Below are positions 42,052 through 50,179 of a DNA stretch of 64,000 nucleotides, one piece after another; the first letter of the stretch is position 1, and each line of letters starts with the position of its first letter. A model generated the notes under the pieces. The model searched no databases. It was given only the letters and a program-made list of their open reading frames with translations, and was not told the origin of the DNA. Location: positions 1 to 64,000 of the IMG/VR virus record IMGVR_UViG_3300023212_000537; one strand, written 5' to 3'. A program made the translations under genes and the position numbers. This DNA is from a virus.

Positions 42052-43132
42052 TGAGCAAACAAAGCAGGAATTATTGCAGGTTCTTGATTCTGGCTGGTGG
42101 GGTCAAGGGCCAAAAACTTTTGAATTTGAGAAAAAATTTGCTGATTATGTTGGGGCAAAGTTTGCTATCGCAACAAATTCAGGAACAGCAGCTCTTGATT
42201 TATGCCTGAAAGCATATGGAATAAAAGGCGGAGAACTTATCACAAGTCCTATGACATTTGTTGCTGATGCCATTGTAGGAGAATGGAATGGAATGGATGT
42301 GACATTTGCCGATATTGATGAAGATTCATTATGTCTTTCTCCAAAAACACTTGAAATAACGCAAGAAACAAAAGCAATCATTGTTATTAATTCTCATGGA
42401 AGACTTGCTGATATTGACGCAATCCGAGAAAAAGCAACAATAGCTGATCCTAATGGCATTGCAACGTTTTGTCCTCTTATTATTGAAGATTGCGCTCATG
42501 CAATGTATACGCCTTCTGCTGGACAAAAAGGAGATATTGCTATATGGTCTTTTCAGGCAGTAAAAACTTTACCCACAGGCGACGGAGGCATGATTTCAAC
42601 AAATGATGAAAAAATCTATCAAAGATTACGAACGCTTACATGGCTTGGTATTGAAAAATCAACATATGAACGAGTGGAGAAAAAACGCTATACATGGGAT
42701 TATGATATTATACAAGCAGAGGGTACAAAAGCATATATGAATGATTTAACAGCGGTAATTGGTATTGGGCAATTAAGACGCTTAGAAGAAACGAATGCAA
42801 AGCGCCGCGCAATTCAGCAAATGTATAATACTGCTTTTTGTGATATCCCCCAGATTACTATTCCTATGTATTCGCATACTGTGCAATATTATACAATGCA
42901 ATGCGATAATCGGGATGAGTTATCAAATTATTTAGCAGGAAAAGGATACGCAACATCAGTGCATTTTAAGGTATTGCATAAAATGACATATTGGCGTAAA
43001 GCTATGAAGAAACCACTGCCAGTTGCAGATAAGGTATGGAAAAGATTATTGACATTACCCGTTCATAATGCATTGACATTTCAACAAGTTGAAGAGATTA
43101 TTACCCATGTAAAAACATTTTATAAACAATGA
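42023..43132 (+). CDS. DegT/DnrJ/EryC1/StrS-family sugar aminotransferase (PLP)
   Basis: IPLLRPTIDEQTK..SGWWGQGPK..FEKKFADYVG..NSGTAALDL..SFQAVKTLPTGDGG (Lys in the SFxxxK context). Confidence 0.8.
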   Translation: MIPLLRPTIDEQTKQELLQVLDSGWWGQGPKTFEFEKKFADYVGAKFAIATNSGTAALDLCLKAYGIKGGELITSPMTFVADAIVGEWNGMDVTFADIDEDSLCLSPKTLEITQETKAIIVINSHGRLADIDAIREKATIADPNGIATFCPLIIEDCAHAMYTPSAGQKGDIAIWSFQAVKTLPTGDGGMISTNDEKIYQRLRTLTWLGIEKSTYERVEKKRYTWDYDIIQAEGTKAYMNDLTAVIGIGQLRRLEETNAKRRAIQQMYNTAFCDIPQITIPMYSHTVQYYTMQCDNRDELSNYLAGKGYATSVHFKVLHKMTYWRKAMKKPLPVADKVWKRLLTLPVHNALTFQQVEEIITHVKTFYKQ

Positions 43133-43782
43133 ACAATATTCTTTTTACTGGCGCTCATGGATTATTGGGAAATTATATGCTTCCGCTTCTTGAGGAGCTT
43201 GTTGATGGAAAAATAATTACTCCAACGCATCAGGAATATGATCTTTCACATCCCATTCTTCCTGTATATAAAGATCTTGCTTTTATTATCCATGCTGGCG
43301 CATATACATCTGTTATTGGCGCAGAAACAGAAGCAGCTATTTGTTTTGAAACAAATGTGGGAGGAACATTGCGATTGCGTCATGCATATAAGGATACTCC
43401 TTTTATATATATATCAACAGAATATGCAGCGCATCCAGAATTGAATATTTATAGTTGGACAAAAGAACTTGGCGAAGAAATAGTAATGCGCATTGCCACT
43501 GCTCCTTATTTAATTATCCGCACTTTATTTAAGCCTGTTCCTTTTCCTTTTGAAAAAGCATATGGTGATCAATGGACGCAGGGAGATGAAATAACAACGA
43601 TTGCGCCGCTTCTTGTCGGGAAAATTACGCAATGGTATAAAAATGATTTTCCCAACGAATTCTGTTACATTGGCACAGGAAGAAAGCGGATTATAGATAT
43701 AGCGCGAAAGAGTAACCACGCAATAGAAGAAAATTCTATTCATGATATAGAAGGAGTAACTCTACAAAGCGATTATGAATAA
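43129..43782 (+). CDS. NAD(P)-dependent sugar epimerase/reductase (RmlD-like short SDR)
   Basis: ILFTGAHGLLGNY Rossmann GxxGxxG; YSWTK (YxxxK). Confidence 0.6.
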   Translation: MNNILFTGAHGLLGNYMLPLLEELVDGKIITPTHQEYDLSHPILPVYKDLAFIIHAGAYTSVIGAETEAAICFETNVGGTLRLRHAYKDTPFIYISTEYAAHPELNIYSWTKELGEEIVMRIATAPYLIIRTLFKPVPFPFEKAYGDQWTQGDEITTIAPLLVGKITQWYKNDFPNEFCYIGTGRKRIIDIARKSNHAIEENSIHDIEGVTLQSDYE

Positions 43783-44344
43783 AGAACCAAGAATTTCTAT
43801 TGTTATTCCTCATGTGCCTGCAAGCAAACAATTGGAGGAGTTATTGCAGAATTGCATAAAAAGTTTAGAAAATCAATCATATCATAGATTGATTATTGTA
43901 GTGAATGATGCAATTGGATATGGCGCAGCTTTTAACCGCGGATTTTCTGTGGCACAGGAAGATTTTATTATTGGTGTGTCAAATGATACAGAACTTATTG
44001 ACGGGAATTTGCAGGATATGTGTGATCCCAAAGCAGTTACCTATGCTTCTGATGCGCAATGGGGATGTTTTTTCTGTCTTCCTCGTTTTGTTCTTTCTAC
44101 AATTGGAGGATTTGATACCCGAATTGGAAAAGCATATTTCGAAGATGATAATTATTTAAGCCGTCTTAAGCGTGCTGGCATTCCTGTTAGGCGAATACCT
44201 ACTATTAAAGTATTTCATATAGGAGGAGTGACAGTAAAAACAATTGGGAATGAAAATGAATTTATGAATAAGGCGCGTCCTATTTATGAACAAATTGAAA
44301 AAGAATTAGATAAAGGTATGTCACTTTTTGTTCCATTAATATAA
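43775..44344 (+). CDS. family-2 glycosyltransferase
   Basis: ISIVIPHV.. VNDA..; FEDDNY (DxD-like). Confidence 0.6.
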   Translation: MNKEPRISIVIPHVPASKQLEELLQNCIKSLENQSYHRLIIVVNDAIGYGAAFNRGFSVAQEDFIIGVSNDTELIDGNLQDMCDPKAVTYASDAQWGCFFCLPRFVLSTIGGFDTRIGKAYFEDDNYLSRLKRAGIPVRRIPTIKVFHIGGVTVKTIGNENEFMNKARPIYEQIEKELDKGMSLFVPLI

Positions 44345-45118
44345 ATGTCCGCATCAAAAATATCATTATCGATAATCACCCCAACGATTAGACCAGCTCG
44401 TTTACAAATTAACCTTACGGCATTACAAAAACAGTCATTTAAAGCATGGGAATGGATTATTTGTGCACCTGCTACATTAGAAGATGAAATTAAAAAAGTC
44501 CTGGGAACAACTGTTACTTATTCTTTCTTAGGTAATCCACCTTTACAAAAAGGACAAGTTTGGGATTTAAACTTTTCATATAATAAACTTTTTAAAGCAG
44601 CAAAAGCGGAATTAATCGTGAGTTGGCAAGATAGTATTTGGGTTCCTTCCACTGGATTACAGCAATTTTGGGATGCATATCAAAAGACAAAAGGCGCAAT
44701 AAGCGGAGTTGGTGATCAATATGAGACAGTTGATGAATTCGGAAAACCAATTATCAAAATATGGTCTGATCCTCGCAAAAGACAGGATTTGGGAAGTTAC
44801 TATGAAATTAATTGGATTGATTGTGAATGGAATTGGTGTTGTGTTCCAACAAAAGATATTTTCGCCGTTGGAGGCTGTGATGAAAATTTAGATTTTATGG
44901 GATATGGAGGAGATACATTCCAGTTAACAGAACGATTACATGAACAAGGAACACGTTTTTGGATTGACCAATCCAATGAATCATTTACTCTTCGTCATAC
45001 ACGAGAACGATCTGATTGGGATCAAAATTATGTTCTTTTTACAGGCGCATATCAAAAGCGCAAGCAGGAATTAAAGCAGCAAAATAAATGGCCGATTCTT
45101 GACTTCTTAAAAGAGTAA
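44345..45118 (+). CDS. family-2 glycosyltransferase-like protein
   Basis: LSIITPTIRPARL.. GT-A N-terminal pattern. Confidence 0.5.
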   Translation: MSASKISLSIITPTIRPARLQINLTALQKQSFKAWEWIICAPATLEDEIKKVLGTTVTYSFLGNPPLQKGQVWDLNFSYNKLFKAAKAELIVSWQDSIWVPSTGLQQFWDAYQKTKGAISGVGDQYETVDEFGKPIIKIWSDPRKRQDLGSYYEINWIDCEWNWCCVPTKDIFAVGGCDENLDFMGYGGDTFQLTERLHEQGTRFWIDQSNESFTLRHTRERSDWDQNYVLFTGAYQKRKQELKQQNKWPILDFLKE

Positions 45119-45198
45119 GTTATAATCACAATAGCTTTAAAGCAAAGTACTTGCAGGAGCTGATAACTGTTTAATGTCTTTTATCAGCTCTTTTTTTT
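45099..45198 (+). promoter_or_regulatory. promoter -> leader -> hairpin+U8 cassette
   Basis: TTGACT (45099-104), 16 nt, TATAAT (45121-26); hairpin GAGCTGATAA/TTATCAGCTC (45158-90) then T8; ATG at 45204. Confidence 0.55.
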
Positions 45199-45203
45199 AT
45201 TGT

Positions 45204-45674
45204 ATGACTGATACTACAACTTTAGCAAAAGAAGAACAAAAAATACCGCCTCAATCTTCTTCTGTGGAAACAAAAGAACCACAACAGCAAAAAGAAGAAG
45301 TAAAATCAGAAGAAAAAAAAGAAACAAAAGAACAAGTTCTGGAACAAAAAGAAAAAGAAGAAAATATAGAAAATCTTATTCCTATTGAGCCGTATCGCCT
45401 TTCCCCTTTATTTTATGAAATTGCTCATTATTTTGGCATTGAAGAAAGAGATTATGATGGAGCAAAAGATGCACTTTCTCTTATTACTGAATGGGCAATT
45501 CATGAAACAAAAACAAATAGATCAGAAGAATTGCTCTTAAAGATTCGGGAACTTGAAGATGCAATTCGGAAACCCGAATGGGGAGAAAGACGATATGCAA
45601 ATGTTTATCGGTATTTACGACTTGAATTGCAACAACAAGCATTGAATAAAGCAAAAGCAGCATATAAAAGATAA
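45204..45674 (+). CDS. hypothetical acidic protein (156 aa)
   Basis: start moved from 45174 to 45204 because the first 10 tracked codons are the terminator hairpin. Confidence 0.5.
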   Translation: MTDTTTLAKEEQKIPPQSSSVETKEPQQQKEEVKSEEKKETKEQVLEQKEKEENIENLIPIEPYRLSPLFYEIAHYFGIEERDYDGAKDALSLITEWAIHETKTNRSEELLLKIRELEDAIRKPEWGERRYANVYRYLRLELQQQALNKAKAAYKR

Positions 45675-45682
45675 GGAGAAAA

Positions 45683-46240
45683 ATGGCAACTCCCTATGGA
45701 AGAATTCCAACTCGCAATACAAATGCACAGGCGCAGCCAGTAACAATTTCTGGAAATATTACGCTTGTTGCAAATTCAACAATTAATCTTAATCAAGTAG
45801 GAGGCATTGGTATTACACTGGGACAGAAGGTAATGGCTTCTTCAATTCCTGTTGTTATTGCTTCTGATCAAGGTACTCTTACAGTTTCTCAGACACCAAT
45901 GGCAACAGGTGGAAATACGCTTTCAACCAATTTTGTTGATGCTGTTACAGCAAAGACACAGGTAAAAGGATCAGCGGGAAGACTATATGGTTGGCATTTA
46001 TATAATCCAAATACAAGCACTGTTTATGTGCAAATGTTTGATAATATTTCTACAGGAGTTACGTTAGGAACGACAACGCCAACGTGGGTAATAATTATTC
46101 CAGCAGGAGGAGTAATTGATGATCCAACGCTTAGCATTCCTTATCCGTTTGGAACAGGATTTACTTATGCGGTAACAACAACATCAAAAGGAAGCATAGC
46201 GCCATCATCGGGAATAACAGGAAATTGGAATTTTATGTAA
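45683..46240 (+). CDS. virion structural protein (185 aa)
   Basis: ORF track; T/S/G-rich beta-type composition; AAGGAGAA SD. Confidence 0.5.
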   Translation: MATPYGRIPTRNTNAQAQPVTISGNITLVANSTINLNQVGGIGITLGQKVMASSIPVVIASDQGTLTVSQTPMATGGNTLSTNFVDAVTAKTQVKGSAGRLYGWHLYNPNTSTVYVQMFDNISTGVTLGTTTPTWVIIIPAGGVIDDPTLSIPYPFGTGFTYAVTTTSKGSIAPSSGITGNWNFM

Positions 46241-46241
46241 T

Positions 46242-47237
46242 ATGGGATTATATGTACCACCAGCCATAGGAGGATCTTTAGTTGGATCAACGCCTGGATC
46301 TGTTATTTTTGCTGATGCAAATAATAATTTTGGGCAAAATAATAGTAATTTATTTTGGGATAATACAAATAGCAGATTAGGTATTTCTACAAATAATCCC
46401 TTAGCTCCTATACATATTATTCTTCCCAGTGATACGACAGCGCAAATTATTAGAGCATTTTCTACCCAAACGAATATTATTTCTCAATGGCAAAATTCTG
46501 CGGGGAATAGTATGGTGGAAGTTGATAGGGATGGAACAGTGCGTGTTCTTTCTGATGGAACCAATGGATTTATTCTTGATGGTTCAAGATTAAGTCCAGC
46601 AAGAAATGTGTGGAATATTAAGCAAGGATCTGATGGGACATTTCTCTTTGACCAGAACGGACAAATGTCAGGACGATTCAAACTTGGTGGTGCATCTTCT
46701 TCCTATTATTTTGATTGGACTCCTGATTATTCAACAAGTTATTTTAAAGTTAGAGGCGATAAACAGGTTACTACTGCAAATAATACGGTAGATGACAATT
46801 CAGGCAATGCTGGCTTGAAGGGTAAGATGAATACATATAATAATATAAGCACTACAGGGTGGGGTACTCCTGCTATCTATGGACAGGGAAGACAAACAGC
46901 ACAAGCAGGGGCAATTGCTTCGTTAGCATCCTATACAGTGGGTGCTTCTGATGGGAGTTTCATTGTTTCAGGAAACATTCTTATTACCGCTTTTACTGCT
47001 GGCACAATCTCAATGACAGTTGCATATACAGATGAAGGAAATACAGCCAGAACTCTCACGCTTAATTTTTCATCAGTAGGAGGAGTATTAGCTACAACAG
47101 CAGGAGCCGCAGGAGCATTTGAGGGTGTACCACTTCATATACGGGCAAAGGCATCTACCGCAATTACTGTAGCGACGACTGTTTCTGTGTTCACTGGAAC
47201 ATATAACTGTGAATCTGTAATTGCTCAAATTGCATAA
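46242..47237 (+). CDS. tail fiber-like protein
   Basis: NLFWDNTNSRLGISTNNPLAPIHI is a common fiber N-terminal motif; G/S/T-rich. Confidence 0.55.
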   Translation: MGLYVPPAIGGSLVGSTPGSVIFADANNNFGQNNSNLFWDNTNSRLGISTNNPLAPIHIILPSDTTAQIIRAFSTQTNIISQWQNSAGNSMVEVDRDGTVRVLSDGTNGFILDGSRLSPARNVWNIKQGSDGTFLFDQNGQMSGRFKLGGASSSYYFDWTPDYSTSYFKVRGDKQVTTANNTVDDNSGNAGLKGKMNTYNNISTTGWGTPAIYGQGRQTAQAGAIASLASYTVGASDGSFIVSGNILITAFTAGTISMTVAYTDEGNTARTLTLNFSSVGGVLATTAGAAGAFEGVPLHIRAKASTAITVATTVSVFTGTYNCESVIAQIA

Positions 47238-47271
47238 TGTTCCTGTAAATGTTATTGTGTAGAATAAGAAC

Positions 47272-47478
47272 ATGAATTATTATCTAATTTCTGAGATTCT
47301 TGCGAATCAATTACTTGCCTATTTAGTGAAACGTCCTTATGAGGATGTTAATAGTTTTATTCTTCAATTACAGCAATTGCAAAAAGTTACCATTAATCAA
47401 GAGAAAGATAATCAAAATAACAAAAGTCTGGAAAAAGAAAAAGATAAAATGATCTCGAAGAATATTGACAAGCAATAA
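47272..47478 (+). CDS. hypothetical protein (68 aa)
   Basis: ORF track. Confidence 0.45.
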   Translation: MNYYLISEILANQLLAYLVKRPYEDVNSFILQLQQLQKVTINQEKDNQNNKSLEKEKDKMISKNIDKQ

Positions 47479-47565
47479 TTGGTGTGTTTTAATCACACAA
47501 GAAGTCTAACGACAGGCAAAATCTGCCGCGTAAGATCCTATTTTTTAAAATAGGGTCTTTTTTTT
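47465..47565 (+). promoter_or_regulatory. promoter -> leader -> hairpin+U8 cassette preceding an HNH gene
   Basis: TTGACA (47465-70), 17 nt, TTTAAT (47488-93); hairpin GATCCTATTTT/AAAATAGGGTC (47534-57), T8 (47558-65), ATG at 47566 with no SD. Confidence 0.6.
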
Positions 47566-48258
47566 ATGAAAAAGCATTGTAAACAATGTAAAAAAATATT
47601 GTATGGGCGGAATAAAGATTTTTGTTCACGTATATGTCGGGGAGAATCACAAAAATTGGGTAAATGGATTATTTGTAAGACATGTGAGAAAGAAATTCGT
47701 TTGCCTTTATTCCGACTAAGAAAAGGTGCGAAATTTTGTGGAATAAATTGTTATGGTGCATGGAGAAGAACAATTACATTGTCAAAAGAGCATAAAAGAA
47801 GAATAGGTATAGCTGGTAAAGGAAGAATTGTCGCAAAAGAAACTAGAGAAAAAATAAGACAAGCTAATATGGGGAAAACATGGTCTGAGGAGAAGAAAAA
47901 GAAAATGAGCATGATTAAGCAAGGTGTTAAAGATAAGAAAACTTGGAAAGGATTTAAAAATTCTCTTAATAGAAGAGATAGATTAAAATTTCAGAGAGAA
48001 ATACAAAAACAAATATTTCAACGAGATAATTATACTTGTCAAATATGTGAAAAAAAAGGAGGCATTCTTCATGTGGATCATATTCAGTCTTGGTCAGAAT
48101 ATATTGAACTTAGATTTAGTATGAAAAATTTAAGAACACTTTGTCGATCTTGTCACTATTTAATTACTTTTGGGAAAATTATGCCCCTTGAGAGTAAATG
48201 GGGTATTTCTTTTATGCCTCATAACGAAAAGTTAAATCATGAGGAGAAAGGAGCGTGA
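47566..48258 (+). CDS. HNH homing endonuclease (free-standing)
   Basis: N-terminal CxxC fingers, NUMOD-like KEHKRRIG/ETREKIRQANMG repeats, ILHVDHIQS..NLRTLCRSCH. Confidence 0.85.
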   Translation: MKKHCKQCKKILYGRNKDFCSRICRGESQKLGKWIICKTCEKEIRLPLFRLRKGAKFCGINCYGAWRRTITLSKEHKRRIGIAGKGRIVAKETREKIRQANMGKTWSEEKKKKMSMIKQGVKDKKTWKGFKNSLNRRDRLKFQREIQKQIFQRDNYTCQICEKKGGILHVDHIQSWSEYIELRFSMKNLRTLCRSCHYLITFGKIMPLESKWGISFMPHNEKLNHEEKGA

Positions 48259-48312
48259 TTTTTTACGGCGACGCGTATCGTTAACATTTGGGCAAATACG
48301 GGAGCAGATGTA

Positions 48313-48627
48313 ATGTCATCGGATTCTGCCCCTACCCAACGATTCTGGAATACAGGAACAGGACAGGCATTGCAGGCAGATGGAGAAGGAGTTGTTGAAT
48401 CGCTTTTAGTAACGCAAAGATCTTCCATGATTAGTACTAATGCGACAATTGCACCTTTGAGAATTATTGCCTCTATGGCTTCTCAAGCAGTATTTTCCGT
48501 TGGAGGCGTGTTTATTTCAACCGCATCCATGAATCTTTCGGCAGGACAAACGGCATTTCATATTCCTGTCTATCATGATTCTCAGAAAATCTGGGGATTT
48601 ATTGCAGTTTCAAAAGGAGTTGCCTAA
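48313..48627 (+). CDS. virion protein (104 aa), paralog of 55587..56039
   Basis: TIAPLRIIASMASQAVFSVGGVFISTASMNLSAGQ versus TVAPLQMIASSASQAFFDFQGAVISTASLNLSAGQ; GGGAG SD 8 nt upstream. Confidence 0.55.
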   Translation: MSSDSAPTQRFWNTGTGQALQADGEGVVESLLVTQRSSMISTNATIAPLRIIASMASQAVFSVGGVFISTASMNLSAGQTAFHIPVYHDSQKIWGFIAVSKGVA

Positions 48628-48695
48628 TAAATATTACAAAAAAATATTGTGTTTTTACTCTGTCTCACCAGTTGGGACAGGAATAAGGACAAAAT

Positions 48696-48878
48696 ATGGT
48701 AGAAAGAAGATGTATTATTTGCGGCAGATTATTTTTAGCAAGACGTAATCATGTAAGAGATGGTGGGGGGAAATACTGTACGAAACGATGTTACTGGGTA
48801 ACGTATAGAAATCAGAAAAAACCGCCAAGTGATCTTATGTGGCGACTTCATAAAATAAAAGAAGAAGGATTTATTTAG
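48696..48878 (+). CDS. zinc-finger fragment resembling HNH-endonuclease N-termini
   Basis: CIICGRLF..GGGKYCTKRCYW parallels CLLCKKEF..GKGKYCSKVCCR of 49607..50179, but lacks the HNH domain. Confidence 0.45.
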   Translation: MVERRCIICGRLFLARRNHVRDGGGKYCTKRCYWVTYRNQKKPPSDLMWRLHKIKEEGFI

Positions 48879-48894
48879 AAAAGGAAAATAATAT

Positions 48895-49593
48895 ATGGCT
48901 CAGATGACTGTTTCACAAATTATGTCCGCAATTGCTGCAACGGTTAATCAGGATCCGACAGCTCCTGCATCAGGAAGCACTGATTATACGTTGTGGATCT
49001 ATTTTATGCAGCGCGCGCAACATGAATGGCAGGAGGCTCATGATTGGGAAGAAACGCGGAAAGGTTTTTTTCCTGTTATTACTTCGACTTCTGTTGCTAC
49101 TGGTTCCAGTTTAACCATTCCTATGCCGACTGATTTTTATAGGCTGGCAGGGCCACCGATTCTCTGGACAAATTTTCAAAGCGGAAAACCATGGCCAGAA
49201 ATTATTCCTGAAAAAAGAACTATGCAATCATTTTCTGATAGTTATTTTTATATGCTTGGCGATTTAAATAATGGATATAACATGATCTGGAATCCAGGAA
49301 CATTATCTTCAGGTGTGTCAGTTGAGGTTCCCTATTTCTATATTGCACCTTCTTTGGCCTCAAGTGGACAAATTCCTGTTATGCAAAATCCTGAATTTTT
49401 AGTTGATAGAACAATTGCCTATGTATTAGAAGCACGATATGATCCCAGATTTCAGGAAATAGAAACAAAAGCGCGAGAAAAATTGTTACTAATGATTTCA
49501 AATCATGATGCGAGAAAGTATTCTTCTTTTGCAACGCCTGATTATGTAAGTAATGCTGGAAGAAAAATGGGTTTCCGCCTAGGTCGAGATTGA
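48895..49593 (+). CDS. virion structural protein (232 aa), possible adaptor/tail tubular A analogue
   Basis: ORF track; position in the tail module; role from synteny only. Confidence 0.45.
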   Translation: MAQMTVSQIMSAIAATVNQDPTAPASGSTDYTLWIYFMQRAQHEWQEAHDWEETRKGFFPVITSTSVATGSSLTIPMPTDFYRLAGPPILWTNFQSGKPWPEIIPEKRTMQSFSDSYFYMLGDLNNGYNMIWNPGTLSSGVSVEVPYFYIAPSLASSGQIPVMQNPEFLVDRTIAYVLEARYDPRFQEIETKAREKLLLMISNHDARKYSSFATPDYVSNAGRKMGFRLGRD

Positions 49594-49606
49594 ACTATAG
49601 GATATT

Positions 49607-50179
49607 ATGATATGCTTACGATACTGTTTATTGTGCAAAAAGGAATTTAAGAGGCAACTATCTCCTGATAATATAAAAAGGGGGAAAGGGAAATATTGTA
49701 GTAAAGTATGCTGCCGTAAACATTTTGATCTTTTAAGAAAAGAGGGGAAAATTAAAATATATTATGAAGGATTAAAATTTGGCAGATTGGGTAAAAATAT
49801 CTTGGATAAAGAATCTTTTCGAGAGAAAATTTCTAAATCGCTTTTAGGGAAAACTGGAGAATTATCAAGAAACTGGAAAGGCGGAGTTAATCCCATCAAC
49901 AATAGTATTCGAAGAAGAAAAATATATAAAGAATGGAGAAAGATGGTATATGAACGCGATAATTATACTTGCCAAATATGCGGAATAAGAGGAATAGAAC
50001 TCCACGCAAATCATATTAAGAAATTTTCAGATTATCCAGATTTACGTTTTGAAATTAATAATGGAATAACATTATGTAAACGATGTCATCAATTAGTAAC
50101 ATGGAATGAGCAAGAGTGGGAAAGTTATTTTAATTTTTGCTGGGAGAATAAATTTCTACAAAAAGGAGGAATAATTTAA
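49607..50179 (+). CDS. HNH homing endonuclease (free-standing)
   Basis: ERDNYTCQICG..ELHANHIKK..NGITLCKRCH. Confidence 0.85.
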   Translation: MICLRYCLLCKKEFKRQLSPDNIKRGKGKYCSKVCCRKHFDLLRKEGKIKIYYEGLKFGRLGKNILDKESFREKISKSLLGKTGELSRNWKGGVNPINNSIRRRKIYKEWRKMVYERDNYTCQICGIRGIELHANHIKKFSDYPDLRFEINNGITLCKRCHQLVTWNEQEWESYFNFCWENKFLQKGGII

